This document shows, piece after piece, positions 1-14,428 of a stretch of DNA of 64,000 nt. Made by a program: the position numbers and the translations under genes. Source of the stretch: the human T2T-CHM13v2.0 reference genome, Homo sapiens; assembly GCF_009914755.1 (NCBI RefSeq), contig NC_060927.1. One strand, written 5' to 3'. The first letter of the stretch is position 1. The number at the start of each line of letters is the position of its first letter. The notes beneath the pieces are model-generated. The model did no database searches. It was not told where the DNA came from and saw nothing but the letters and a program-made list of their open reading frames with translations.

Positions 1-263
1 TATATTAATGAACTTAGCCACTCAGAACAGAACAGATGGCCACAGCATTTCTCCCTATTATTATTCTTGTCCTCATTTGAGGTTCCATTTCAAGATTGAT
101 GGAAAACAAAAAGAACAAGGTTGGTTTCAGTCAAGCTGACTTCCTTCCTATCATTTTGCTTTTGTATTCTTTTTGTTCACTGGTTGCCATAAGATTTTGT
201 CTAGAGTGTCTCTAATGTAAAACACTTAGAAGTGCCTTTCCAAATATTGATCTGTATACGTAC

Positions 264-356
264 CAAGTAGCTCATTTGCATGACCCGGTTTCTGGACAAA
301 AGGGCATTAAGTAGAGATGGAATGTGGGTCCTTCCATCCATTTCACTGTCAGACAT
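264..356 (-). CDS. PEX5L: PEX5L/TRIP8b alternative first coding exon 1b (coding part, 31 codons)
   Basis: Minus strand ATG at 356-354 (gggATG, G at -3) reads MSDSEMDGRTHIPSLLNALLSRNRVMQMSYL, which I recognise as the TRIP8b exon-1b N-terminus. It ends exactly at donor TTG|GTACGT (263-258); 93 nt, phase 0. Confidence 0.92.
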
Positions 357-439
357 CCCAGAATTCTTTATGCCACTGGCAGTGGCTTCCTTGCCAGAAC
401 TTGCTGACCAAAGAACCACAGATCTTGCCCAGGAACAGC

Positions 440-530
440 ATTAATAATGTACAACAATAATTGAAGTATTCCTGAATCATTGTCTTGACTTTGTAAACAT
501 TGTGAAATTTTTGGCTAGCACAAAAAACTC
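440..530 (-). promoter_or_regulatory. Putative exon 1b proximal promoter with SOX-type site cluster
   Basis: AACAATA 453-459, CATTGTC 478-484, CTTTGTA 489-495, CATTGTG 498-504 and CACAAAA 519-525, about 100-170 nt upstream of the exon 1b ATG. No strong polypyrimidine acceptor precedes exon 1b. Confidence 0.4.
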
Positions 531-1077
531 ACTGAAATGAAAATTTCTTTTTCTAACTAATTTTTATCCATGCACTTCTATGCTCTTTGACTGTTGTTCC
601 CATTTAATGTTTTAAAAAATCTACCTATTTTAAATTATATAATTTTTGTATTTACTTCTCTGCATATGGACTCTTCAGCCTCCTCATCATAAAAGCTCTT
701 GATTTCCCCTTTTTAATCTCCTATTCTAAACTTTCTTGACAATCACTGCTAACAGATAGAATGTCAGCACTCACAGAACATCATTCGAAACTGCAACTTC
801 TACAAATACCAAAGTCCGCCTCTCCAATCTCAACTCCTTATCTAATTTAGTAGTAAATTTTCCTGGGAAGAGGCTAGTTCAGGGAAGGAAATTATGTCCC
901 CCAACCAATCTAAATAGAAGCTGGCATTTTCCAAGAGTGGGAGGAGGCATTTAGAGCTCTGGTTTTGTACTTAAACCTCTAGTCTCCAAACAGCACACAA
1001 CAGTACACAAAGCTGGAGCCTTACAGTTTTACTCTAGAATTAAGCAATATTTTCTAGTTCACCCCATAACCCCGGGG

Positions 1078-1700
1078 GGATTAATCCTTTTCTAAGCCAT
1101 AATGGTATTCACTCACTTACTGCTTATTTCTAGTGCGAGCATAATCCTCTTTCAAGCACTCAGCTTCCCACTTTGCTTAGCTCAGCCAGCCCAGGCAGGG
1201 ATCTTCAGCTCTCCTCCCTCCTCCCAGCCGGGAATCCCTGTCTTCTATCTATGCACTTTTGTCAAGCACAAAAAGCAAGTCCACAGCTTCTGCGTGGTCT
1301 TTCACAGTAGCCAAAGGACTGAACTAGAAGGAAAAAGAAAGCTAATCTCTCCACCTTCCAAGTGTGAGGGGGCAGGGCTTCTGTGGGAGGAGAAGCCACA
1401 GGGCAATCACTTCCTGTGCTCCTCCCACCTTCAGTGGCAAGACACTGGAGCTGAGGATTTCCACTGAGGCAGTAAGGTTAGGCCCCTGTCTCCCTGGCCT
1501 TAGCATGCTGCCCATTTATGGACGACTTTGTGCACTGTTCCCCTAGGTGCAGCCGAGGAGGGAGCATTAGTGCAGTGGAGCTAAAATGGTGAGGACCTAA
1601 GGCGGGAAAGGGGAGGAAAGAGCGAAAGGACATAGTCTTTCTTTGCTGACAGTGCTTCACCCCCATAAGAAGCTTTCAGCTCAGGATAACGTGTCCAACT
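1078..1700 (-). promoter_or_regulatory. Candidate additional PEX5L promoter / non-coding first exon
   Basis: Locally GC-richer sequence with no repeat I recognise, containing minus-strand overlapping donors GCA|GTAAGT (1120-1115) and TAA|GTGAGT (1116-1111). TAATCC/TAAGCC-type motifs are clustered at 1078-1181. Confidence 0.45.
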
Positions 1701-2019
1701 TCTGAAACCCCAAACACAGTATCTCCTATCTTTCCACACCATTCTGAATCCTTTCTGACCTGCAAGAGACGTATCTTTGTTAGTTCTTTGTTAATGCTGA
1801 TAACTTTTTTGATACTATTGCATTAGATGGGTAACTTTCTTAAGAACATTGAGCCTAACTGGTAATCTTGCCTCTCTACAGACTTCCACCATCTCTCCTT
1901 AACCCTACCTCCTGTTTCCTACCCCTTTGTCCTCTCCTCCACAAAAGTAAAACAGAAAGGTGAGTTTATTTTAATTAAATAAACTTGCATTAAACTTGGA
2001 AAATCTATAGAAAAATATA

Positions 2020-2325
2020 GGCCAGGTATGGTAGCTTAAGCCTGTAATCCCAGCACTTTGGGAGGCCTAGGCAGGAGGATCACTTGAGGCCAGGAGTCCA
2101 AGACTAGCCTGGGCAACATAGCAAAACCTCATCTCTATAAAAAATTAGCTGGACGTAGTGGCGTGCACCTGTAGACCTAGCTACTCAGGAGGCTGAGGTG
2201 GGAGGATCGCTTGAGTGCAAGAGTTTGAGGCTGCAGTAAGCCATGAATGCACTATTGCACTCCAGCCTGGGTGACAGAGTGAGACCCTGTCTCTAAAATA
2301 AAGAAAAATTAAAAAAAGAAAAACA
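2020..2325 (+). mobile_element. Alu, AluJ-like
   Basis: Dimeric Alu with J-type 'gcaggaggatcacttgaggccaggag' and 'gaggctgcagt', plus an A-rich tail. Confidence 0.9.
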
Positions 2326-2959
2326 ATATAATGGCCACAGATATGGGATGTATCATATAGGAACATTTTGCAAGTAAGTAACACAACAATGAAATCTGAT
2401 GGGCTAGAGATCTGAAAAATGAAGTAACTCCTGTTCATTGCAGGATATGAATTTCTTAAAAGTAAGGGTTTTAATTGAAAAATACTAGTTGTGTATGAAT
2501 TGAATTAAAAGGACTCTTCATACTCATTAGGAATGGAATATATAAAGAACATTTTGAAAGGGAAAAGGAACACTTGATTTGGCTAATTGTACAAATTAGC
2601 CCTAACTGCAATTTTTGCCTAACTACAGATGTCAAAATAAGTATAAAGGTTTGCATGTAAATAATTCAAATTTTTAAAAATCAATGCTGCTATGAATGAT
2701 ACATAGTAGACATGAATTTATTAAAGCACATGTCACATATACAATATAAAATATAGCTACAAGAAGAAAAGACCTTCTTACTGTTTTCTTCATGGTTGTC
2801 AGGATTCAGTTCCTATCCTCTTTTTCACCTATCTTCAGCCTTTTCTCTACCACTTTCCTTCCCACAGCTGCAAAATTGCTCAGATTTTCCCTGTCCTAAA
2901 GGGTGACTTCCTCATATCTGCTTTTCCTTGAAGACTTTGATCTAATCTCTCTTTTGAGT

Positions 2960-3900
<941 letters not shown>

Positions 3901-5519
3901 TAGAAAGTATAGGGAAAGAATACTGGGAAATGTATAACTGTTTCCTCCTTCCCTTGTGTAAAGATACTGATCATGTTTATAATTCATGAAGAAGGAACTA
4001 GAAAAAAAAAGTGAAAATATAGATACCAGAGAATGAATGGGGATAATTCATGAAGCAAGAAAGTAACAGCAACGATCCTTTGGAGAGAAACTGGTTCTCT
4101 TTTAAAATTTATTAATACAATTTTGTGCTGTATATTTGTAAGAAAAAAATCTTGAAGGATGTATACCAAATACTAAAAGTCTTTTTCTCTTGGAGATGAG
4201 GTTGTGCATGATCTATGCTTTTCTTTATACTTGGGAGTGCTTTTTGAAACAATAATGAATTTTTTTATAATTAAAGAAAAGTAAACAAAATGTGATTCCT
4301 TGAGAGATCCATAACATTGCCACAGAAAATACTCATTTAAAGACTTCTTTGCAGTAAAAAAGATGGGGCCAGGACTTTACCCTTCCTTTATGATGTTCCT
4401 GGGAATGAAGGTTTTTTGTTTTGTGTTTAAACGCTCGTAGAGATACATGTTGCAGTTTTTACTTGTGACCCTTGCAGTAAGCCTGGTAAATGGTGAACTG
4501 AATGCTTTGTTTATTGCATTTAATATGCCCCTTTCCTCTTGACTCTCCCTTATAATACAAAGCTTCTCAGTTCTTTGACAATATTTTGGTTCCATGTCCT
4601 TTCTTCTTAAAAATATCCACAGTGTCAACACAGCTACAGACTCATTTCTGTGGCAGCCAAAGAGGCAATGAAGAGAGAAAACAGGAAGTAAGGAAAAAGG
4701 ATAAATTTTTCCCAAAAGTCCTGGAAGTAGAGCTTGAGAGTGATCGCCTTTCAAGGACGTAAGCTCGAATAGACCTTTTGAATGGAGAGTAATTGCCTTA
4801 CCAGTTAAAAATGCAATTTTCAGATGTTTAATTTTTCTTAGGTATGGGGGAGATCAATTTTCTGAAGGGAAATTATTATTTTTACAGAGAATCATTTACA
4901 GAGGGGCTGGTTAAGTCTGGCATTTTTTAAAGAACAATTTTTGTCTTGTCTTTTTAAAAGACACTCATGGGCTTTTCCCCCCTCTCTAACTGTGATCATG
5001 CTACGGTAAAAGAGAGTGGCCACACAGTACACTTTTTTATTTTTGGGTCAAGCATGGGCAAACAAAACATATGGCAATCAGACTCACTTCTGAATGTACG
5101 TTGTTGGGTGAGAAAAGAAATATAAGGACAACAAGTATGTTGTAGCATTTTAAACTGTTTTGCCATATGCATGAGCCCAGACATTTAGTAATTTTTTGGA
5201 TTTTAAGGTTAAATCTAATTGGAAAATAGGTATTCCAGTTACTAACTAGCTGGATAATAAGATGGCAGGGAATCACAATACTACAGCCTGGCAGTTCCCC
5301 CTTAATGCTGGTTTTTCTACCTTTAGGGTGGCTTTTGGTCTGTACATTAATAGCCTGAAGGGTTTATGAAGCATCTTGAAAATATTTTCTATTTTCCAAG
5401 ATTTCAAAAAATAAGAATGTTCCAACATAAGTATCCATTAAGATTACACAATCTTACATCATTGTCCAGTGACATTTTCTTAAATATACAAATTCAACTT
5501 TAGGTATGTACCTTTTAAT

Positions 5520-5660
5520 ATATCTTTTCTAGTATTTTATCATGAAAATTTCAAACACACTGCAAAGTTAAAATAATTTTTACAGAGAGACCCTGTGTAC
5601 TCAACTACCTAGATTCTACTAACTTTTATTATACTTGCTTTTGCCCCAAATTTTTCACCC
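5520..5660 (-). mobile_element. Old L1M 3'-end fragment
   Basis: 'ttttatcatgaaaatttcaaacac...actacctagattc' resembles L1MC/ME 3' ends. Confidence 0.45.
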
Positions 5661-7863
5661 ACTTGACATATTTTTAAAGTATATACACTATCACATTTCT
5701 ACACATTCTTTCCTTCAAGTTTTATTTTATCTAATTTACTTTTAAAAACTCAGAAAAGTAAGACTATTGTTTCAAAAAGCTTCCAAGATCAGAGCACTAA
5801 AGTTTAGGAGTTGTTTTACTGAAAATCTTTGCTTTTATTTGGAAAGCAAATCAGTGAACTATATTCTCACCATTAAGTGTTGTATAGGTCCCATCACTAG
5901 GATTAGGAGGAACGATTTCTGATCAAAGCGTTAGGATTTTTATAGCTCTCAGTCAAAAGCTAGTGAGCAAACAACTCAGCTTTCTGGGATTAATCCATGG
6001 AATGATAGGCAGTTCAAGATGATATTAATTACCACGTCCTCAAGTTTATGTCCTTTGATCATCAATGTTTCCTGCATCTATGAAAAACAGCAAACAACCT
6101 CACTATACTCTGGGCTATATAGTATGTAATCACCTCTGGTACCTGCAACGAAAGTGGCAAGTGACTTCTCAGAGGGGTTACATTTGCTTTAAGGGACAGT
6201 ACTTGGCTGGCATATTGAGATCAAGTAGGCAGAAAACAAAAATTCAACTTGAAATTTCAATTATGTCAGATTCAGCAATGTTCCACATTACTTGGAGGAC
6301 AATAAGTAAATTCATTTTAATCCTCTTTCACCCTCAAAACCAAATTCAAATTTAAAAAAAAAACAAAGATAATGTTCTTCTAAACAGAAAATTGAGTCCA
6401 GTTTTTCTTTCAGCTGGCATGTTCTTGTCTCCTTCCCTATAGACTTGTCTCTAGAAGTTATAAATGTAATCATAGGATGCAGTGACCAATATGTAAAAAA
6501 TTGTTTTCTGTGGGCTGAAGATAATGATGATTGAAAAATTATATATTTTAATCTGATAATCTCTCTGGCAGTCTTAAGCAGTCTGGGTGCTATTTCCAAA
6601 ACAAGATGAAACTAGCAAGCACTCCTTTTTGGTGGTTTTAACCCTGTCATCCCCGACACAACAGGACTGGAATGGTTGTTGGTGGAAGATGGTGCAGAGT
6701 CTAAGAGAATTGACGTATTCTCTTGGATCCCAGTGGCAAGGGAACACTTCTGTCCTACAATAATCTCTCCCATCCCCAACAGGAAAAAGGTAAATTGTGT
6801 ATTCTGTTATCTCTGCAGTCTGAGAAAAATAACAAATAATCTATTTTAAGTGAAAATTTATTGCTTGATGTTCTGCTTCTGATCCCCGTTGACACATTAT
6901 TTTTTATTTTTGTATGCATTGGCCCTATTAGATGGGGATGAAACCTTGTTACAGCAATCTCAAACACAGGTGTACTTATCATTGGCTTTTCCAGCGACTC
7001 CTCTTCCTTCTCACTGGCAGCCAGCACACCTGGCATCCCGCACCTGCCACTGACTTCCTTTTAACAACTGATCTGGACATCATGATTTTATGACCTTGCA
7101 AACTAAAACGCGATCTCTTTACTGTAATAAAGAAGAAAGAAAAAACCAGCTGCTTCTATAGGCATTCTGTATCCTCACTTAATTTTCCCTCGATGTTTAT
7201 ACCTTCTCTAGACCAGCATATTTTTTTGGAAACTCTGACACATGCTTGAGAAAAATTTGCCTATGAAATTTTGTTTCTGACAAGAATCAACCCAAAGTTT
7301 GTGCTTCGGCCATAAAATTCATGCAGAAAGTTATTTATTTTTAAGCTACATGTATGTGACTGAATGGCTTATAATCAGCATTTCTATCATGGCTCAAATG
7401 ACTTTTGAGGGTTATTATTATTATTATTTAGATTTTATATGGATCTACACACAGTCATGACATCTTAGAATAAATCTTTCCTGTTCCTGAGAGTGAAAAC
7501 ACTTCCTGGAGGTATAACTCATTACTCTCACCCCTAGATTCCATGGCCTTGACAACCGCAGGCATCCTAAGTTAACATCACAATTCTTGTCATTTCTCGA
7601 TCAGTCTCCTTATGGCTTCTTTTGCTCATCCTTTTTCTCCAATGGCTTATATATTCACTATAACAACATTATAGATAAGATGTGACAATTTCTAGAGGGT
7701 AGGCGTGCCTACCATATTCTTCATGAATATCCTTCATGAATAAAGAATTCTATACTCTTCTGAGCTACAAGATATGTAGGAACAAGAAAGATCTGGGGCC
7801 ACAGACAGGTGGTTCATCCACTGGACATGTGACAATCAGTTAAGAAATTAAAACAGCAGAGTT

Positions 7864-8140
7864 GGCCAGGAGCGGTGGCTCACACCTGTAATCCCAGCAC
7901 TTTGGGAGGCTGAGGTCAGGAGTTCAAGACCACCCTGGCCAACATGGTGAAACCCTGTCTCTACTAAAAATACAAAAATTAGCTGGGTGTAGTGGCGAGC
8001 ACCTGTAATCCCAGCTACTCAGGAGGCTGAAGCAGGAAAATTGCTTGAAACCTGGAGGCGGAGGTTGCAGTGAGCCGAGATTGTACCACTGTACTCTAGT
8101 CTGGGTGACAGAATAAGACTCCTTCTCAAAAAAAAAAAAA
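7864..8140 (+). mobile_element. Alu, AluS-like, with small left-arm deletion
   Basis: TSD aattaaaacagcagagt on both sides. The left arm jumps 'ggctgagg|tcaggag', a deletion between tgagg microhomologies. Confidence 0.93.
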
Positions 8141-8259
8141 AATTAAAACAGCAGAGTCTCAAGGATGCACAGCCAAATCCAAATCATATCCATCACTTTA
8201 TCACAAACACCAACTAATGCCTTGCTTGATATAAAAATTATTACTGCTAATGAGGAGGA

Positions 8260-8560
8260 TGGGGTGGCTGGAACAGAGTTGCCCAGGGTTGTGGGGGTTG
8301 ATCCAGACGAGGCTGGAGAGGAAGGCCAAGTCTTGAAAATCACATTAAGGTGTTTGTTCTTTATGTTAAGAGCAATGTGGAGCCATTGCGGGGTTTTAAG
8401 CAAGAGAGTGACGTTATCAGATATGTGCTGTAAGAAGCCCACTCTGGCTAAAGGGTGAGGAACGGATTGGAGGAAGGAAGGCTGGAGTCAAAGAGAGAAG
8501 TTGAGAGCCATTGAAGTGGTCAGTGCATGACAGCCTGGAGCCTGTTTAGACGCTGGTTGA
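8260..8560 (-). mobile_element. L2 fragment
   Basis: 'gagccattgcggggttttaagcaagagagtgac...cactctggct' L2 signature. Confidence 0.6.
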
Positions 8561-10489
8561 CAGATAGCTGACCCCACACCAATTTTATAATGACATGCTT
8601 CATTCATCACTTTGTGTATCATGAGATTACTTTTTCAACACCAGCTTCTCTAGGTGATAAAAGCATCTATATTTTTCTGTAGTCAAGAATTAAATTAGCA
8701 GAGTATGGGCCTACAACAGACACATCCTAGGCACTCAACTTAGTAATATGAAAAATTATTTTTGAAAAAATTCAATGAAACAAATAATGAGAGAAAGAGA
8801 GAAAAAAACTTGGGCTAACAGGAAAAAATTTTGTGCTTAGTGAAGGATGCATATTTTTCCATTCTGTAAACAGTATCTAAACTGTTCTTGTTGTTTCATG
8901 CTATTTGAAAAAAAAACAAAGGGAGTCTGTTTAAAAAGATACAATGTGAAATTGTTCAGTGCTGTAGAGCATCTAACAGGATTTATTGTGTTTTTTTGGA
9001 CAGCAACAACAGGAACTATTTATGCAAATCTAAGAACTAACTGCCCAGGGAGTATAAAATATTGAAAAGAAATATATTTACTTAAATGTATTTGAGGATA
9101 TCATCAAACCTAATGTGTTTTTAAGAGAATTGAGGTGGCATATTTAAAGTGTGTTTAAAGAACTAGTTGATTCCCTTGCATTTCACTTGTTTTTAACGTA
9201 TCAGAGGACAAAACCTTATAATGGGGAAAGATTGGCAAGGTAAGGTAGAGTAAGGGACACTTGATCATAATGTTTATCCTCTTATTCAAAGTTTGTAATC
9301 CTCTCACTCAATGTTATCCGCTTACTCAAAGTTTGATTCTTGCTTCTTAGTGAGACACTTTTGTTCTTAATATTTAAAAATAATAACGTGTTACATGCAA
9401 AATATTGAAGTATGTTCAATTACATGTAAGCACACCTCAGAGTTACAGAATGGACTTATGTCTACAAGATCACAGTATCCCAGTGAATATAGATGACTAC
9501 TGACGATCTTCTTCCATTTGCACTTTTAATCTTTGCATCTTTCCTGTCTTTCTTCTTTAGAAATCAAATCCCAAATCTTAGGTGCTTCAATTAGGGAAAT
9601 TGCCAGAAAATTTTACAGAGACAATGGGAAAGATTTCTTGAACAATGCAGACCAGAAAAATTTCAGTGATGAGGAGCATGAAGCTAGTATTAACTTGAGA
9701 GCACTGTAAGAGTTCCTTTGATGACTCTTCTTGCAATCTCTGATTAATATCCCACAGTGAAAAATGTATTGGTAATATACTGAGAGACAGAAGAATGACT
9801 GATACTTAAGGACTATAAGTGCATCTTTAGAAGTAGACACAGGGTTTAACGAAAAGTCTTTTACAAACTGCATTCTTATAAAATTGTCCTGGGTAGGTGA
9901 GTGTGGGGATTTTAAGGAGAGATGAAGCAAGGCTTTAGTAAGGAGCATCTAAAATGCCATGGATGGTACCATGTCCTAAATAGAGAAAAGCCTTTTTAAA
10001 TGATCAAAGTATCATTTTTCTTTTTAAAAAAACCACTAAAAATCTTAATCATGTATACAAGTGTACCTATTACATTGTAGGTATTTAGTAAGTTTTTTTG
10101 AATAAAAGCATTTGCTTTATAACAAAAAGGAAAATATTATTTTCACTACTCTTAATCTCCCTTACTGTTTCTTGCTGATGCTATTACAAAAAAGTTGTAT
10201 AACTACTTTCAATCTATTTTTATACATAGATACATGTATGCATGCATAAATATACATATTTATATGTAAGTATACCAATATATACATATGTATTTAATGA
10301 CATGAACATGACTATAGTATAAATACTACTTTTTAATAAAAAATAAATTGCGACTACCTTTTCATATTAATACACATATATCCACCTTACACATCCAAAT
10401 CTACCTTAAATTAATAATTTTTATTAAGAAAATTCAAGAAATCCTAGAAACCATCAGAATAAAGAATCTACTTAACACTTAAGAGACAA

Positions 10490-11686
10490 TAGCACATAAG
10501 TATTGTCTGCAGAACCCTGATGGTTCTTCAGAAACTTTGAAGGGAACTGTGAAGTGAGAACTATTTTCTTAATAGTACTAAGAAATTGTTTGTCATTTTC
10601 ATTGTGTTGAAATTTGCACTGATGGTATAAAAACAATCTTGTTAGCACCTTGGCATGAATCAAGATACTGGTACCAAACAATACTAGTTGGGAAATAAAT
10701 TAGCCACTTAAAAAAAACTCCACCATTTTTACTTAAAAGTATGACAAGCTATGATTACTCAAACTTGGGACCCTGGCTTTTTTTCTTTTTTCCTGAAAAT
10801 TAATGAAAGAAGTCATTAATTTCAAAGAAAACAACCAATAATGTTTGTTGCCAAAATTAAATAGATGAATGAAAATTAGAGATTTAGAAACTTGAATCAG
10901 CCACTGTGAGCTCAATAGCTTCTCAATAGTTAAAGACGTTTCTGATGAGATCAGTAGTGACATGAATGAAGTGTTTTTTGATATTGTATAATGAAGTATG
11001 ACAACATTGGAAGATATGAACCAATGAACCAATCTCAGTGAACCAATATTTTTCAAATGACCAACACTAGAATGTTACCAAAATCATGCATGAGTTAAAG
11101 ATCCATTCAAAGTGTAAGGGAGACCAATGGATGTTAACATAAAGAGTGTACCAAATTTATTAATATGACTTCAGATTTCACAGTGCTACTAAACCTCAAG
11201 AAATTACATTTCTCAAGTTTTGGTGTAGTATGAAAGAATATCCACAGTTATTTAAAAAGGCTTTTAAAATACGATTTCCTTTCTCAACTGTATATTTGTG
11301 TAAAGATTTTTTTTATTCCTATATTTCAATGGAAAAATCTACTGCAAAAGATTAAATGCAGAAGCAGATATGATAGTCTAATTTTCTTCTATTAAGCTCT
11401 TTTATTAAAGAGATTTGCAAAAATATAAAACAATGTCATACATCTCACTAAAATTTTTTTTTGGAAATGAAGTTTTTAAAAAAATTGTGTATGTGTGTAT
11501 ACATGTAATGAGTTGGTTACTGCTATTTTTCAATGATTGTATAAGTAAATAGTTAAAACTTTGCTTAATTTTTTTCTAATCCAGTAAGCGTGAACAGATA
11601 TAAGCCACATAAACAAAAGATCTTTGGGGTATTCAATAATTTTCAGAAGGATATAGACGCATGGAGACAAATGTTTGAACCACTGC
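10490..11686. mobile_element. hAT-Charlie DNA transposon relic (Charlie1-like)
   Basis: 'tgtgttgaaatttgcactgatgg', 'taaagatccattcaaagtg', 'aatgcagaagcagatatga' and a terminal 'tttgaaccactg' resembling the Charlie TIR. Confidence 0.7.
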
Positions 11687-13487
11687 TATTCTAGAAATAA
11701 TGTAAACTTTTTCTGAGTTGGTAGAAAAATTAGCCTTTGGAAAATTAATTTTTGTTTTTCCTTTCTCTAATAATTATAAAGTCAATTTGTCTTTTTTAGA
11801 TTCTCATGGAAAATTCCATAATAGACTATGCCAAAAATTATCTCATTAGCCTTATGATAAATAGCTCTCTGTTGCTTAGTATATATCTGAATTGTATTTA
11901 ATGATACTAGCTTTAGTGCTTACAAATACTTATATTTGAGTTATATCCTTTAATCTTCATAGGCGATTCCAGGAAGGTAGGTATTTTTCTCCCCATTTAT
12001 ACTGAGGAAATGAATTTTAAGAGAGAAAAAGTGCTTTGTCTATCTAGAAAGTGCTTGAACACAAAATCAAATGCAAGTCTGCTAACCTTGTGTTCCCGTG
12101 CTCTTTTTTTACCTTTGGATGGAAAAAAATAGCTTTTTGGTTATTATCAACGTAGACTATGCACTTCTGCTCTTGTACAATCAAAGCAAGGGCTGAGTAT
12201 TGAGACACCTTTTGGATTTGGGCACAGCTCCTGACTTCTTTTCTCCTAGGCCATTTCATCTTACAAGGATTACAGGAAATAATATATTCCAAGGCCTCTA
12301 GAACAGTGCCTAATATATAATGGTCTCTGTTATTATTGTTTTTCATGATTAGCATAACAACATAACTCTGTACATGGCCAGGGTAGCTTTGGCTTCATCC
12401 AATTCAAGCATGAAAGGTCATCTCGGTCACTAAGACAGAAATAGAAGAATGGCATATGCAAAAGCTTCAGAACAATTCCAGGTCTGAACAATAACCAAAA
12501 TGCAGGCTTTTCCAGGCTGGAAGCCAAAGCTCATTCTGTATATGCTATTGATCTACACCTCAGCTCTATATTCAAATTTAGGGGTGACCAGATAGGTCAA
12601 AAGGTCACTCTTCTGCTTGCCAGGACTGGTTCAAACCAGCTTTGAGTAGCTGCTGGATATCACCACCTTTAATCACTTCTTCCCTGTCCTGAGCTGAGGC
12701 TGCTGGAGCCATATAAAAACCCTTGAGAATCCAAGCAAAGCCAGTCCACCTTAGCTTAAAACCCCCTTTTCCCCTTATTTTCCTAGTTTGGGTCCTGTTA
12801 GCTTCACACCTGAAGCCTCTCTCTGCCCAGTACCTTCAGAATAATGTGCCATTTGAATGGTCCAGATGGATCTTGATTAATACCTCTCTGGGGGCCTTTC
12901 TGCCTCCCCTCAGTCCCATTTTGGGTGCGCACGAGGAAACTGCTTCTGACCCAGGCTTCCAGTCCACTCTTGTGGAGGCCGCACTCGGGCTAAAGAGGTT
13001 TACAGTGTGCAAGCAGTGAGTGAGGCTTCCTGGTGGCCCATGCAGAGTCCTTCAACTGCTTGGCATTCAGGGGCTATACTGGTAAGATGTGGCTGGATGT
13101 GGATGTTTCTGCAGGAAGTAATTGGTTAGTGGAGGAATATTAACGGTATTGATCTGGCTCTCTCTGCACATTGATCCCAACGTAGTATATGTACATATTG
13201 ATACCTAATAAGATAATAATGATAATAATAACTGACATTGATAGGAACAATCTCATGTAATTTAAAATATATATATATATAAAACTTTATGTTTATGCAA
13301 TAATAATAAAATGAGAATGATCCACTAAACATTGTGGTTTGTTATAGTAAATTTACCCTGGGGAGGATGCTTTGCTATGTGCTAGGATGAAAAGTTTGCA
13401 TATTTTATCACATTTCATTCTTAGAATAATTCCTTGAGTTTGTTTGTATTTTCCTTGGTTTCCAAATGAGGAAATGGAAAGTCCTAA

Positions 13488-13819
<332 letters not shown>

Positions 13820-14321
13820 TCAGGATCGTTTGAAAGGTCACACAACCTATAAATGGCAGAGCAAAATTAGAACTTAAGATTTTCTGACACTAAAGGTTAG
13901 ATTCTTTTCAGCTCAGCCCCCTGCCCTCAGCATATTTCCATTTCATTGAAAGTTCGAATAACATAATGCAAAAATACATATTTGATTAAATAAAAAGAAA
14001 AATATCAAAAGGTCAACAGCTCTTTATTACTTTTTTAGACAAACTTTCAACTCAAGAACTTGAGACATGTAATGGAATAAGTAAGAGGTCAGTCTCTGAG
14101 GTCATGTTGCTTGGTTCAAAGCCAGGTCTGCTATGTACCAGTTGTATGGCTTTGAGCAAATTGTTTACCTTTCTGTGCCTAAGTTTCCTCATTTGGGAAT
14201 AATAACAAAACCCAGCTCCTTCAGTTGTTAAGAAAAAAAAATTAATTAATACATGTCAGCTGCTTAGAACACTGCTTGACATATTTAATAGCACTCATTA
14301 AATATTATTAGCTGATATCTT

Positions 14322-14428
14322 TTCCTCCCTCCCTCCCTTCATTTCCCTCCCTTCCTTCCTTCCTTTCTTCCTTCCTTCCTCCTTCATTCCTCCCTTTCTC
14401 TTCCCTCCCTCCCTCTCTCCCTCTCCCC
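14322..14428. repeat. (TTCC/CTCC)n polypyrimidine low-complexity tract
   Basis: About 100 nt of almost pure C/T. Confidence 0.9.

Noticed and set aside
201-419. 72-aa ORF as a standalone gene
   Set aside because: Only 264-356 is coding (exon 1b); the upstream part begins at a non-ATG codon and the remainder is intron read-through.
9269-9335. Degenerate ~20-bp tandem repeat; similar micro-duplications at 7714-7741, 34621-34650, 51738-51759 and 51870-51904
   Set aside because: Ordinary slippage duplications with no further structure.
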